Assembly: GCA_013265495.1 (NCBI GenBank)
Contig: MU058584.1
Span: forward strand, 4,532,508 to 4,596,507
From: Vicugna vicugna
Taxonomy: Eukaryota
Direction of reading: 5' to 3'
Length of the DNA stretch: 64,000 bases
Both the position numbers and the translations under genes were made by a program. Positions 43,801 to 57,943 of the stretch are shown piece by piece. Below the pieces are notes generated by a model, which was not told where the DNA came from, made no database searches, and saw nothing but the letters and a program-made list of their open reading frames with translations. Positions within the stretch are counted from its first letter, which is position 1, and the number at the start of each line of letters is the position of its first letter.

Positions 43801-46114
43801 TAACCAGACTCGGGGGTCTGAAGTTTTTGTAGCTGGCAGAAATAGAGTGATGGGCTGTTTTAGTCCAGGCTGGTGACTTCATTAACGACCGAACCGATTC
43901 TCTCAGCTATAGGCATTTTATAAATTAAATGAATACAACTGTGTTTCACGCGATTTGCAATATGTAGATTATATTCAGAGAGATTAAATAATAACTTGGT
44001 AATAGATAACACAGGAAGAAGGCTTTCATTAACATTGAGCATCTCAGGAAGCTTCTTGCTTTTGGAGCTTGGTAGCTATTTTCTACACCATTCTCACCTC
44101 TTTTGTTTACTCTTTTCCTGAAGTCATGGTTTGCAAGTATCTGTAGCTGTCTCTAATTTTACTCAAAACAGAAGTTTTGATATAGCATATAAATGGGTTC
44201 TTCAAGCAAGGTAGAGCTAAGAAATTCCTACAGTTCTTAACACCTGCTTTTGTTTTCTATTCCTTCTTTACTTTAAAAGAAAAATAAATAGCAAAGCACT
44301 TTATAAAATGTTGTGAGAGATAATGAAAGAAGGGGCCCCAGTTCTGCCTAGTTTCCTTGATCATTCAGTCTCTCAGCTGTCTGTCTGCACCAATTCCAGA
44401 TGCCAGCAGATGACTGTGGTTTTGGCAGCAGTGGGGCAAACATTTCACCAACATCACTAAAGGGAAAATCATACGTGGATAAATGGCTAACAGCAGATTT
44501 TTCAAAGATTGTCAAGGGGAGGACAGATGTTTTAGAAGCCTTGTTCTTGATAATTTTATGTAGGCTAAAGATCTGTTAATTCAGTGATTTTATCAGAATG
44601 CCATTTGGTAAAATACCTCCTCTAACACATTGAGTGTAAACTGAATCTTTGAAAGTTGTAATGAGTTGTTAATTTTTTTTCCAGCCGCTGTTTTTATCAA
44701 GGACATAGTCGTAACAAAGTAGTACAAAAACAAAGTGATTTTACCATTTGGTAGGGCAGTTTTATAATTGATTCACACTTTAATGTTATAGGAGAGGATT
44801 TCTTATGAATTAGAAGTGAAGACGTAAGAATTGATACTCCTTAGTTTCATGGGCTTGGCGTCTCATCTTTTGAAGAGAATCTTTTTTCCTTTCTACTACA
44901 GATCTGTATTTTAAATCTTGTTAATTGTCATCTCACAGGATAAAAGCTAGAACAGAGATTCTGTCAGATTCTCTTTTAATAAGTGCTACAGAGGAATGCA
45001 AAAAGATATGTCCTTCATTGCAATATAAAGTGGACCAAATAACCAAAAAGCCTGAGTAATTTTGATTTTATTAAGTTTTTATTGCTTTTGTTGTTACTGT
45101 TTTCAAGACGGAAAACTTGTTTTTAGTATTATATCAAGTCCTTGAACTTGTATGAGGAATGCAATTATGTCACAGAAGAGTTTTCTTTCTGCAAGCAACT
45201 GGCAGAAATACTGCATGTTTGATTATATAGCAATTTTTATTCCCCATACATTTTTATGTTCCCCCAAGCTGTTATTCATCATAAAAAGAAAAAAATTTAA
45301 TTTTGTCTTTGAAATGTAGGTACTCTTTTTTGGGAGGAGGGGGAGAGGTGACTTTAAAGTGGTCTGTATCAATTTCTATAGAGGTTCTTGATTGTGTTTG
45401 CCATTTTACAAAGATTTTATATGTTGAGATAGATATATATTGTGAACATCACCGATAGACTTGTGAAACTGCCATTTCCATAATTTAGAAAACAAATTCC
45501 TTACAGGATTAGTCAGGAGGAGAAGATGAAATATACCAAAATATATGAATTTTAGAAACTAACAGAGCACAGTAAATTTTCTTCTCCCCAACCTTGCCAA
45601 CAGAGTACAGGCTATAATCCCTCCCTAGATTATCTGTCTATGAATTTGAAAGAAGAGAAAGAATTTACTAGCATTTAATTGCAGCAAAGTTCTTCCTGAC
45701 AACTTCTTTTGGAGTCCTTGCATCTTCTCAGTGTTTCTAAAGGAGCCAGTGGTAGTTATTCTTGATGCTCTAGCAACTGAAGAATAAAATCTTGAGCATT
45801 CCATTAAATAAAAGTACCAGCTTATAAAGTATGTCATTGCATGTTAATATTCTTTGATTCCCTAACAACAAATATGGTTCTCATGTGTGTGTGATTTCCG
45901 TCTGAATCAAAGGGAGTCATGTACACAAAGTTAAAATTTGATGCAATGCCACTTTGAAATACAGTGTTTCTATAACACTTGCTTTTAAACTTTAAGTGAG
46001 AACCACAATAGATGTGAGAAAGAATTATGACAAGGACAGTCTAATTTAAATTTTATCAATTTTAGGAAATGTCATCTTTTTATTGGTTTCAGAGACTTTT
46101 TTCAAATGTTTTAA

Positions 46115-46246
<132 letters not shown>

Positions 46247-46348
46247 TAAGTTAATATTTTTGTAAAGATGTTCTTAGCCATTGTATAGGATTGTATTAGA
46301 TATTATTTTTAGCATTTCATCATCTATATCTTTTGTTTTGCAATAATA

Positions 46349-46510
46349 CATTGGTTCTCAAACTTCAGTGTGCCTCAGAATCACTTGGAGAGCTTGTTAA
46401 ACCACAGATTACTAGACGCCACACTCAGAGTTTGAGGTGGGTCAGAGAATTTGCATTTCTAAAAACTTCCAGGTGATACTGACATTGCTGGTCCTGAGAT
46501 ATTTCTTCTG
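46349..46510. mobile_element. MER5A-like hAT DNA transposon
   Basis: cattggttctcaaacttcagtgtgcctcagaatcacttggagagcttgttaaa...agaatttgcatttcta...ccaggtgat...gctggtcc. Confidence 0.82.
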
Positions 46511-47329
46511 ATAGAAAATGCAAACGATAAAATTAATCACCTATAGACCATTAGTGCAAAAATAATAAACCTATCGGAGCCTTTTGCAGTCTTGGTTCTA
46601 TGTATAAAGTGTGTGTATGTGTATACATACATATATATTTTGGGTTTGAGTTTTAAAACATGATTTTAATCATACTGATGTATTAAATTCTCCCCTGCAT
46701 TTATTTGCGTTAACTTTATAATAAGTCTTCCCGCATTACTGCTTAGTGTTCGTATGTATTACTTTACCAGCTCTGTCATAGATTCCATCAAGTGGATGTA
46801 CCGTAGTTGTACTTAACCATTACCCTTTAATTGGCCAGTGAATTTCTTTCTTTATTCTTGCCGAGTAAGATTATAATGAATATCTTTGTTTATAAATTTT
46901 TTCCTACCGTTAAGATGATTGATTTGAGATATTTCTCCAGAAATGAACTATATCTAGGTCAAAAGATATTACAGAATTATTTCAAAAAGATCTTCTGTTA
47001 TTACATTTCTCTCAGCAGCATATGAAAGTACACATTTTGCTGTCTCCAGGCCAATGTTCAATATCAATATGTTCACTTATTTTTAACTTATATATTTGAT
47101 TTTTTAAATAATTTTAATTTCATTGGTTATTAGTGAGGTTGAACTTTAACGCTTGTATAGATTCTCTTTAATGACATTTCTGATTATATTTATTGCTCGT
47201 TAATCTAGTTAAATCTTACATTTAAAAAAAACCTAGTTATGTGAGCTTCTTATATTTTTTCCCACTGTCTTATCACCTTTTGCACAAGACAGTATCCAAA
47301 CTTTGGTATTTAAATTTATTACTGTTATT

Positions 47330-47595
47330 ATATTAGTATTACTTACATAGACAATATAATCTTAATATATAATTAATTATATATTAATATAATTATGTGA
47401 TTACATGTGATTATATTAATCATTTGATAACCAATATATTAATTATCTTATATAATTAATATATTATCATATTAACATATTTAATTGTATATTAATATTA
47501 CACGATATATAACATATTGTATATGAATAATATATAATATAGTTATATATTTTTATTAATATATAATTAAGTATATGTTAACATATGATATTTAT
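47330..47595. repeat. Extremely AT-rich low-complexity tract
   Basis: Degenerate atattaat/tata units. Confidence 0.85.
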
Positions 47596-47639
47596 TCCAA
47601 TTCACTGGTTTCCACTTGTGTTTATCTGTGTATGTATTT

Positions 47640-48330
47640 TCTATTAAAATCTTTGATTAAATCGCATTTTCAAATATTATTGAATATCTTCTGTGTTCCG
47701 AAATCTGTTCTAGACTCTGGGAATAAATACATCAATGAAAAAAACAGACAAAAAAACCTCTGCCCTGTTGGAGCTTACATTCTGAGTTGGGGAGACAAGA
47801 CAATAAACGTGATAAGTGAATTGTGTAGTACGTTAGATGGTAGTAAGTGCTATGGAAGAAAATAGAGCAGGTAAGGATGTTTGGGAGATTTAGGGAGAGG
47901 GTAGGCATCATTGAGAAGATGACATTTTGACAAAAAATTTGAAGAGTAGGGAGTGAGCTATGCGTATGTCAGGGGGAAGAGCATTCTAGGCAGAGGAGAA
48001 GCCAGTGCAGTGGCTTTGAAGGAGGAGCAGACTTAGTATGTTCAAGGATCTTCAAAAAAAAACAGTGTAGCTGGAGTGGAGTGACCAAAGGAGAGACAAG
48101 TAGCAAATAAGTTCAGCCAGGTAAGTGAGGAGGAGCTTTAAAAGACTAAAGGATATCTTTGGTTGCTGTGTAGAGAATAGGCCTTAGGTAGAAGCCAGGA
48201 GACCAGTTAAAAGGCTTTGGCAGTAAGCAAGGTGAGAAGTCTTAGAGCAGGATAGGAACAGTGGAGGTAGTAAGAAGAGATTGGAATCTAGATATGTATT
48301 TGAAGGTACAGTCAGTAGAATTTCTTTATG
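47640..48330 (-). mobile_element. L2 3' portion
   Basis: caaatattattgaatatc...tgttctagactctggga...ggagcttacattct...gggaagagcattctaggcagagg...cagtgtagctggagtgg. Confidence 0.8.
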
Positions 48331-48749
48331 AACGCCAGTGTTTGATCTCAGCTTTCAAAAATCATATCTATGGCCCCTTTTCTTAAAACATAATTTAAGG
48401 TCACAGAAGATTGTCATACTTACTTATTCTTTGTCTTTTCTATTCTCATGTTTCTGTACAAAAGGGGCTGATTTCTTATAAGGAATCTCATCTGAGCATT
48501 TTTTAAGCAAAAATCTTTAGTCCCACTCTTCTTTTGAATGCTACTTTCCTTCTTTAAAAACTGACCAGGAATTATATTCTCTCATTCATTAGTTTCTTAT
48601 TTCTTTATCAAAAAAGTAAGTAGCTTTTTTTTTCTGATTATGAACGTATTTGGTATTCACTGTAAAAAAAAAAAATTCAAAAAAGTATCCAGTCTTTATC
48701 ATCTCTGCCAGTATGGTGTCTTGCTTTTATTTTAGTTTCTTTGATGACA

Positions 48750-48965
48750 GAGAAAGCAATAGAGCACACTGACCAAGAGCCTGGACTCTGAACCTAATGA
48801 GCTGTTGAACCTCTTTAAATCTCAGTTCTCTCATCTGAAAATGGCCATATTTAATAGAACATACTGAAAAGATTTGTCGGGAAGATTTAATGAGATCATG
48901 CAGAAAGAATACATAGCACTTAGCACATTGACTGGCACATGGTAGGCTTTGAATAATTGTTAGCT
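48750..48965 (+). mobile_element. MIR
   Basis: aagagcctggactctg...ctcagttctctcatctgaaaatgg...gcacttagcaca...tggcacatggtagg. Confidence 0.75.
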
Positions 48966-48974
48966 AAATCATCA

Positions 48975-49520
48975 TCTCTTGCAAATTGCCTTTCAAATCT
49001 TTTGCCCAGTTTTCTACTGTGGTGTTTTATCTTTTCTGATTGATTTATAAGAGCTATTTATTGTAGACTTAAGATGAGGGTAATACCATTTGTCTTTCAT
49101 TTGTTGCAGATATTTTCCCCAGTTTGTTGTTGGTCTTTCAGTTCAGTTATGATAGTTTGCTTTATGGTTTCAGCCTTGTGAGCTCATGCTCCTTGTCTTC
49201 CCTGGGATTAGGAGGAAAGTTTCTTCTTCTTTTCCTCTTATAGTTCTGTGATTTTTATATCGAGAATACATGTTTGATCCTTCTACAATTCATTTTACCA
49301 TAAAGTATGATGTAGAGCTTATAGCTTAGTTTTTTCCACATGGCTTTCCCTTTGTCCCAGTACCATTTATTGAACAATCTAGTCATTTATCTGTGATTTA
49401 AAATGCCATATTAACACATGCTAAATGTATTTACTTGGTTACTTTGTCTTTTCCACTAATGGCTCTCTATTCCAACATCAATACCATAATTTTTAATTAT
49501 CATAACTATTATACATGGAG
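48975..49520 (-). mobile_element. Old L1 ORF2 fragment
   Basis: ttttgcccagttttcta, gttgcagatattttcccc, gtcccagtaccatttattgaa. Confidence 0.7.
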
Positions 49521-50779
49521 CATTTTGTTTAATCCTATATCATAGCTTTCTCAACGGAAAAAAAAATATTTATATATTACATTGGCTTCTCTTTACCAGA
49601 ATTGCTATATATTTCTTTCTGATTAAAAAGAAATACATGCTCATTTTAAAAAAAAATCAGAATCTAGAGAAAAGTATGAAAAAAATCACTTGCAGTAATC
49701 CTCCTGAGATGACACTTAACGTTGATGAAGACCCTTTCTGCCATTTTTCTCTGCGTATAATCCCATGTAGGTACATATTCTTTTAAAAAATATCATATTA
49801 TCTATGGGTGCCCTTTTAAAAAATTTAAATTGACTTCTGTAATTAGTCTAAAAGTGTTTTTTAAAAATTTTGGGAAAAATTCCATGATAATTAGAGTTGT
49901 TTATTGAGTCACTGCTATTTGTCTATAATTAATGTTTTTAAGTTACTGTAACTGTTGTTTCTTTTTCTTGTTTGCATTTATTCTGAATTTAAGAAACTGT
50001 TGCATCTCTGTGAATTTAATTTTAATCTTAGTCAGATTGTTATACATTTTCCTCTATTTTCTCCCCCACTAAATCCTTTTTATGCATATGTCATGATTTG
50101 TCATAGAATGTTCATTGAAAATTATTTATTTAAGTCTGCCTAGTATTCTGCTCTAGCCAAAAATTCTAACAGAATTATGATCGTCATCAGGTAGGTATTA
50201 AAACTAAAACAAAAAACATTCTATCCTTCTGCAAAGCCATGGTGTATATCAAATATGTCAACCACCCACCATATTTGAACAACAACCTAGAACTGGCAGT
50301 TATCTACAGAGGGCAGTTCAAAGACCAAAGAAATTTCTAGTCCTCTTTTCAAGTATTAATTTAAAAGTAGCCTAGAACAACAATGTCTAAAAAAGCATGT
50401 GATCAAAGTCTGTAAAGCCATTAAGGATTTGAATATGGTGAACCATCTGTAGTTAAGGACATGAAGAGAGATTATATAATTAAGTTAAAATTCAATAGAA
50501 TTGTAGAAATAAACACCAGATCATAGAAGCATGAAAGCTGTGAAGAAGTGGTCCTTTTTTATTTTTTGATCTCTTTTTTAAGATTAAAGTGGATTAAAAT
50601 AATCACCTTAATTTTTTAAAGTGATGTTTTGCGAATAGTATTAAAATGATAAATACCGTATTTTATTTGTAAATCTGAATTTTGTCATCAGTTTCTCTAG
50701 CTGTAACATGTAAAAATTATCCTAAAAATTCATGCTTGTTAACTTTTTGGTGGGGCCACTTCTCTTGTTCGGATGACAG

Positions 50780-50895
50780 GAGCAGCACTGCCTCAAGCTC
50801 TAGAGGCAATGGGAGCCACTCCAAATCTGAGGATCAGGAGGAACCCTCAGTCCCACAGAGCTCAGTGCAACCACCAGAAGGAGAGAATGAAACAC
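50780..50895 (+). CDS. DCAF6: DCAF6 exon J (116 nt, phase 2-1)
   Basis: gatgacag| ... |gtaagg; (W)[38 protein letters not shown]; phases fit both neighbours. Confidence 0.92.
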
Positions 50896-52031
50896 GTAAG
50901 GTGTTATTTTGCTTTTGTCATTACAGAACCCCAGTGCTGGATGTTTACCTATTTTTATGTTACCTCAATGCTGCAGTTTTGTTTCTTGTTTTTAATACAT
51001 TACTTTTGCCTCAGTAGTCCAGTTACTGCTATTGATAAACAAATAGCACATGGAAAAGGTAGGGACCTTAAGCATTTAAGATGGGGAGTCACAGTGAAGC
51101 ACAGTTCCCCCTGTGGACACACTGGCCAGGATAACCAGTGGTCATCAAACTGAACATATGTGAGATATAAATATTTGAAATGTCTTGACCATTTTTATAC
51201 CTGGCAGTGAAATCTAGAGTATCTGTCTTGATTTTTTCAGAGTACAGTGGTTTATAGAGGGGGAAGAAAAGGAATAAAATCTTAAGAGGTTACGAGCGAA
51301 TCTTACATCATACCCTTTCCTAGACTATTTTTATGTGTTCATTATATGAAATTTAGGGGCCAATACAGCCTAATACACAGTAAATTTTCAATAAATACTT
51401 GATAAGTGAAGGAATAAATATTTTTCATTAAATGAATAGATACCTCAGAATAACAGAATTTACAAGAATTAAATACATGTAAGACAACTGTCTACTAAGC
51501 AAATGTCCTGTTACGAATGAAAAAGACCAATCCTTTGTGGGTCTTGGAATTAAATTCTGGAAATAAGTATTTTCAATGGCCAAACAGAATTTATGGTGGG
51601 TCAACTTTACTATTTGTTCATTATAGTTCAAATTAGACCAAATGCATGATAAAAGGGCAGAAAAATACTCAGTTTTAAATTTAGGTTTTGTGAAGTTTGG
51701 GGAAAAAAAGTGAGATGGAGGAATGTCAGTTGTGAGGGATGATCTGAAGCAGATACTCTTCACATAGAGTTCATGAAGGTCCATGACTGGCTTTGGGATG
51801 AGGCAAAGGACAGAATTTCACATCCATCCCTGATAGTGTCCATATAATTTTGTGGGTACATACATAGTATTTGCATTATACTGAGGAGAGGGATAACTGA
51901 GTATCAAAAGTTTCTATGACCCAAAAAGGGATAAGAACGACTTATACATAGGAAACGTAGAGGATTAAATTGGTGTTTATTTTTCTAAAAAAAAAAATTA
52001 GGATTTAGTAATAATTTGGTTTAATTCCCAG

Positions 52032-52118
52032 AAGCTCCTGAAGACTCATCAGAGGATGTGACAACATCTCAGGAAGGTACATCTGCAGAAAACACAGCTC
52101 AAAACCATGTAGATAGAG
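52032..52118 (+). CDS. DCAF6: DCAF6 exon K (87 nt, phase 1-1)
   Basis: ttcccag|aag ... |gtgagt; (Q)APEDSSEDVTTSQEGTSAENTAQNHVDR. Confidence 0.9.
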
Positions 52119-52347
52119 GTGAGTTGTCTTGTTCTCTTTAGATAATTCCTTCATATGGGAAAATACCAAGCCTCAATCTGTGTTGGTCCCTCCAGAGTTA
52201 GAGGCCATTTCCAGGTAGATGTAGAATTTTCTGCTCCATATAGGGGATTAGACTTTATATTAGGAAATGTCTACATCAGCTTTGAAGTTAGATTAAATAA
52301 TTAATGTTGCCCACATGACCAGCTGTTACTGCTTTATTTTCTGACAG

Positions 52348-52675
52348 CACAATCAGATAAGTCTACTTCTGAGCCATTGGATTCTGGCTCAGGAGAAAGG
52401 AATGACTTGAATCTTGATAGCCCTTGTGGGGTTCCAGAAGAATCCATTTTGTCTGAAAAAGGCAAGGAACCAGGGACTTCGGATCCAACTAGCACTGAAA
52501 GTGCCACCAGTCAAAGTACCAGCAATCCTGAGCCTCAGTCGCAAACAGAAGCCATTGGGCCTTTGGCTCATGAGGAAACATTGTCCAGGGACTCTGCTCT
52601 CCAGGACACAGATGACAGTGACGATGACCCAGTCCTGATCCCAGGTGCAAGGTATCGAGCAGGACCTGGCGATAG
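52348..52675 (+). CDS. DCAF6: DCAF6 exon L (328 nt, phase 1-2), acidic region preceding the IQ motif
   Basis: ctgacag| ... |gttggt; (A)[23 protein letters not shown]...[29 protein letters not shown](R); overlaps ORF 52377..52691. Confidence 0.95.
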
Positions 52676-55600
52676 GTTGGTAAATTTTTAATTAACATGA
52701 ACTATAAAAATACAATGCACAAGGCTTTGTTTGTGAAGTCACATAAAGAAGTCTCTCCATTTTTGACAGTTACTTCCTTTAATGGTTTCTCAGTCATATA
52801 AACTCCCATAATTTTCTAAACTATAAATGATTTCACATATTACATTCTTTAAGCAAACTGTACATTAAGAGGAGAATACAAAGTCTCACTGTTCTGAATC
52901 TTCAGTACTAAAGCTTGGGCCTCAATTTACAGATCAAGAGAAAGGAATGTTGAGAATGACCAACAGGTTATTTATGAAGTTAGGGTTATATTTAGTTGCC
53001 AGATTACCCTCTACACATCCTGGCCTTTATTGGTTTTGGAGTTTTTTTTTTTAATATTCAGTTTTCCTGCTTTTCTGTTGACCCTGGGTTAGGGTGTGTG
53101 ATAGTAGTTCTCTTTTTGAGAATATTATGTTTTTCTCTGATTTCTACTAAACTTAGTAACTCAATTTCAAAAATAAAAAATCACACCAAGTAACAAATAT
53201 TGTAACTACAATAAAGAATTAATTTGCTAACATGTTCATATACTTTTTCCATTTTTCATTTTATGTGTTCATAAGGATATATTTATTTTTCAGTTGATAA
53301 AGTAAATCTTTTAAAGTGTATTGCATTCCATACTTTTCTAAAACTATTTCTATAATTAGTGCCATCATATCTCATTGTATGTTTTGTCCTCTTCCAAAGA
53401 ATCAAATTTTGTTTTTAAAATCTTAGCTTATACAGGCATGAAGAACCATTTCACGTATTTCTGTGTTCAATGTACTGCTATTTATAAAATACTCTGACAT
53501 TTCTGTCAAGTGAAAAATATAACAAAAAGATTAATTTGCCATTAAAGAATAGCAATGTTGTATAATGATCAAGAGCATAATGACTTGGATTCTGGTTTTA
53601 AACTTGCCAGCTGTTTCCTCATTTAACTTAATGTCTCTTTAAGGTTCGGTTTCCTTATCTATAAAACAGGCTTATGATTATCTAGAATTACTGTCAGAAT
53701 TTTTTTAAAAAAATCAATCACAAGGCCTGTCTCAAACTGAAAGCACTGAATAAGTGATAGCTATATTACACAATCAAGGTATTCCATGCAGCTATGTAGA
53801 CTTAAAAAGCAATTACACAGACAATACTTAAGTGAAAAAAACAATATATATATATATTTATTTAAAAAATCAGTTACAGTAAGAATGGCCCTAGGGTTAA
53901 AGACTGACAAAGCAAAATTCCTGAACGTTACAGCTTGCAGTTCAGTAAAACTGCCTTTTCTTAACTATGAAGTCATATTTGGTCAAAGTGTTTACTTTGC
54001 AATGACTCCATTTTTAAATGTAGAGGAAGTAATCTTTTTCCTATATTTGTATTTAGAGATTAATCAAGCGTCTTCTCTTTACCTGCCACACATTAGTCTT
54101 CAGTTTTCTTAGTTTATATTTTAGGCAGGTAAAACTTAGTTTCATTTCTTTCCATACCCAAAGGGAGTCCTTAGAATATTTTACCACTTGATGTCTGCAG
54201 GTAAGGTTGGCAAGCACAGCACAATTTGAAAATCCACTCAGTGGTTTCTAAAACACAGGGTGAAGAGCTAGAGTCTATAATCATTTTAAGTTTGTACATT
54301 TATGGCTTTCTAATTATGTAAGCAAACGTATGTCCTTATTTTTTTCTGTACTTATGTAGCTAAAAATGATATTAAGGTCATGACTGAAAATAAAATTTAA
54401 GCATCCATTTTCTAGTAAAATGTACCATATTACTTACCAGGTCAATTTTTTTTTTAAATAAGAAATTATATATTTTTAATAGATTTTAGACACTTGCAAA
54501 AAATCATAATTATTTAGCATCTCCTTTTCAGGCTAATTCTAACACTTTCCCTACTATTCTTTATGGCTGAGGAAATAGGTGCTAAGCAGGGATTTTGTAT
54601 ATTCTAGACCTAAGGAGATTTTTTTTTTTTAACACAGTAAATGAGAAAGGAGGATTTGGGGAGAGAGTTGGTCCTAGATTATCCAAAATGTCTTGCAACT
54701 TACTGTCCTTGGTTTGGATATATTACCAGATACTATACTATCTTTCTATTGAGTATTATCATTTACTTACCATTTTCATAATACTTAAATGATTTATATG
54801 TTTTAGGGGTTCTCCTGGGGTTTAGATTTGCCACAAAATTCTCACCTAATAGCCTCATTGACCCAAGAAACCCAGGTGCTGAACTAGACTAGCAGAATCT
54901 TTTAGAGGAGAAATGATCAGAGACAGCAGCCTGAAAATGACCCCACCTCATGCATGTATCTTGAATTCATAGTCTCATGGTTAGATCCAGATTTGAAACC
55001 ACCTCTGGGTCTACATTTGCTTCTGTACTTTTTTGTAAACTACAAATTATTTAATATTCTATATATTCAGTTTAAGTATTTAGCCTTAGTTTGTCCTATT
55101 ATTTTGTTTTATTCTATAGAACATAGTGGTAAACTTACTAAAGAGTAACAGACAAACAATAAGATTCTTCCCTTTGAGAAAGTTAATTTTTTGAAGAAGA
55201 GAGGACAGATACACAAGCCATTTATGAGTCCATGGAAAACAGTTTTAATAAATATATGAAATTAAATCCAGTATTCTATATACAGTTGTACATACTGAGA
55301 TAATGCTCAAGTGATTATAGTGACTATTTCACAATTAAATCAATTTTTCTTGGAAATTTAGATTATTCTTTCCTAGCTACTTATAAAAAATTTGTAAATA
55401 GTGAAAAATCTTCCTTCTGACTTTTCTCTAAATAATTCTGATAGTTCCTAACTTCTGTGGCACCACCTTGATTAAATCTGGAACTGCCTATATAAAGTGT
55501 ACTTCTCATTTCTGCACCTTGCTAAGAGCTCTTCATCCTTGACACAGTTGCTCATTTATCTTCTGAATTTGGAGGAAAAGGCATGTTAACTTTTATTCTA

Positions 55601-56251
55601 AAGAGAAAGTTTAAGAAATTTTGCTTCTTAAGAATATGAAAAGAATCATTTACCAGCTTGTAAGTAGGCATATGATTTTTGAGAATTTGTATTTCCAAAA
55701 GGACAAAGAATTAACAAAGTTCCTTTGTAAAAATCTACCATTTGGTTCTTAGAATCTAACGATACATATCACACCCAGATGAAATGCCCAACTAAGAGGA
55801 TGCATGTCTTAAAGGTCCCCCCCTTGCTGCCATTTGAGAAACCCAGTCAAGATTAGTTCGGTTACAGCAGAGAAATGGTCCCAAAATTTAAAATGGTCGA
55901 AGTATGTATTTAGATCTGTAGTTTACACGGAGAATTACATTGTGGATCTCATAATTTTTTAAATGAAACGTAAAAGGTTTATACCTAAGGCATTTTTGAC
56001 ACACATTTAATAAAAATGTCAAAACAGTTCTTTGCAATGCAAAGTAATGATTTTTCATAAAGATTTGCATTCTTATAATATGGTTAAATAAATATAACCC
56101 AGGTTTTCACTTTGGGGCTAAGATCAAGCATGACAAGGAAATGTCTTAGAAAATAAAGTCCTTAACAACTAACATAGATATTTTTAAATGGAATGCTCTT
56201 CTCATTAACTATAGCTGGTCTCAGTATAAATATAACTGGGACTCTCTATAG

Positions 56252-56466
56252 CAGAGGTCAGCAGACTTTGTCCTAAAAGGCCAGATAGTAAATATTTTAG
56301 GTTTTGCTGACCAAAGAGGCAAAATGGAGGCTATTATGTAGGCACTTACATAACCATTTAAAATGTAACTGTGTACAAATGTAAAAATTGTTCTTCACCA
56401 ATGGGCCATTATAAAAATAGGCAGCTGGCCAGATTTGGCCCAAGAGCCATAGTTTGCTGATCCCTG
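56252..56466. mobile_element. MER58-like hAT DNA transposon
   Basis: Imperfect terminal inverted repeats cagaggtcagcagact / agtttgctgatccctg; internal aggccagatagtaaatattttagg and gccagatttggccc. Confidence 0.85.
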
Positions 56467-57728
56467 CTTAACAGCAAATCAGTCTTATAGAGAGAAACCA
56501 AGCTACAGTCTATGGTAAAATGCCTCTACTCACAGATAACCAGAGTTTAAAACAATAAAATCTATAAATCACCACGTATTTGGTCCCCTTCAACTTTGTC
56601 TACAGCAGGAACACAAAACATTAGATGGAAACTAAATTGAGGAGAGAAAGAAACATACTTTCTAATATGGTATTAAAAAAATAATAAATAAAAGATGTAT
56701 GTGTATCCCTTGGTGGTTTTATATACTGGATTTTGAAACATAAACAAGTGCCCTTGGGATGAAAGGAAAGTGGTCACGTTTTTCATTTCGATGGTCTTAA
56801 TATAAACTGTTTTCACAGTGCCAAATCCATCTTACAGTGAACGGTATGGTGGCCTGGTGGATTGCTCCTCTTGCCAAACCCAAGAGGTTTTTTGCTCTTT
56901 AAAAAAAGGCAAGCATCTAAGTAAGCATCCTGAAGAAGTCCTCACATGATCTTGAATAGTTTTTATAGACTCAATTAAGATGTTCTAAAGATTTTTTCTG
57001 TAAAGATTAAAATATTAACCCTGTATCATCTATTAATCACTTGTTAAAAGTATTTCTTGTTTGCATAGAAATTTGGTTTCCATTTACCTATTCTGGGCTC
57101 TGTGGAGCACGACCTTCACTTTTAAAGCCAAAATTCTTTGCGTACTGTAAATTTGCCACCATCTGTTTAGTCATCATTATAATCACTGTTTCAGCATTTC
57201 TAATGATTCAGGTTTATTCTTGATTAAAATTGGAGAGAAAAAAAGTAATCATAGAGAAAGAACTGAACTCCTAGGGAGTTAAAAGCTCTGCTGTTCTTTA
57301 CTTTCCTGTTACACAGTCTTACAGTTAGGACAAGTGAGTCAGCTCAGGGCTTAATTATTTAGTTCCCAAAGAGCAGCTCAGCCCCCAGGAGCTAATGTAG
57401 GTGGTCCAGTGAATGGTATTGATAATATGAGTCTGCATTTCCCTACATTCTGTAACAGAGTTAGGCTCTAATCTGTTCAAAACATAAAAGGGATTAAGTG
57501 TACCATCTTCTCTCTAATCTGTCTTGAGTGAGTGTTTCTGTTTCCTTAATTTCCCCATACACATTTATTTGAATGACATATTGTCACATAATACCCTATA
57601 TAACAAAGGGAAACAAAAGTTTTTTAAATTTAGATGATTGACGGTAAAAGTGGTGACCTTAATGCTTTAAATATTTGGTTCTTTGAAGTCTTTGTGAGTG
57701 ACTTTAGTTGTTGTGTTCCCTTCACTAG

Positions 57729-57770
57729 ATTTAATATCAGAGGAACAACAATAGGTGATAGAATAATGAG
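57729..57770 (+). CDS. DCAF6: DCAF6 exon M (42-nt microexon, phase 2-2), probable cassette
   Basis: cccttcactag| ... gag|gtaatt; (R)FNIRGTTIGDRIM(R); phase matches exon L. Confidence 0.85.
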
Positions 57771-57917
57771 GTAATTCAGTATGTTCCTTCATTATTTTAT
57801 TTTTGCCAGGTCCTCTCTTTCCACAGCTAACCACCTTTCCTATTAACCGTTAATACTTCTTTGAACTTACTGAACTCTTAAGTGCTAAGCATTATAAAGC
57901 GGGTTGCTTTTCACAAA

Positions 57918-57943
57918 CTATATTTAGCTGCATGCACTGCATG
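57918..57943 (+). promoter_or_regulatory. MEF2-consensus site next to two RBFOX (TGCATG) motifs
   Basis: ctatatttag at 57918-57927; tgcatg at 57929-57934 and 57938-57943, about 160 nt downstream of exon M; function untested. Confidence 0.5.

Noticed and set aside
50773..51153. 126-aa alternative-frame ORF overlapping exon J
   Set aside because: No recognisable protein features; it runs into T-rich intron; the DCAF6 frame explains the exon
52389..52698. Antisense and alternative-frame ORFs over exon L
   Set aside because: Expected shadows of a long coding exon
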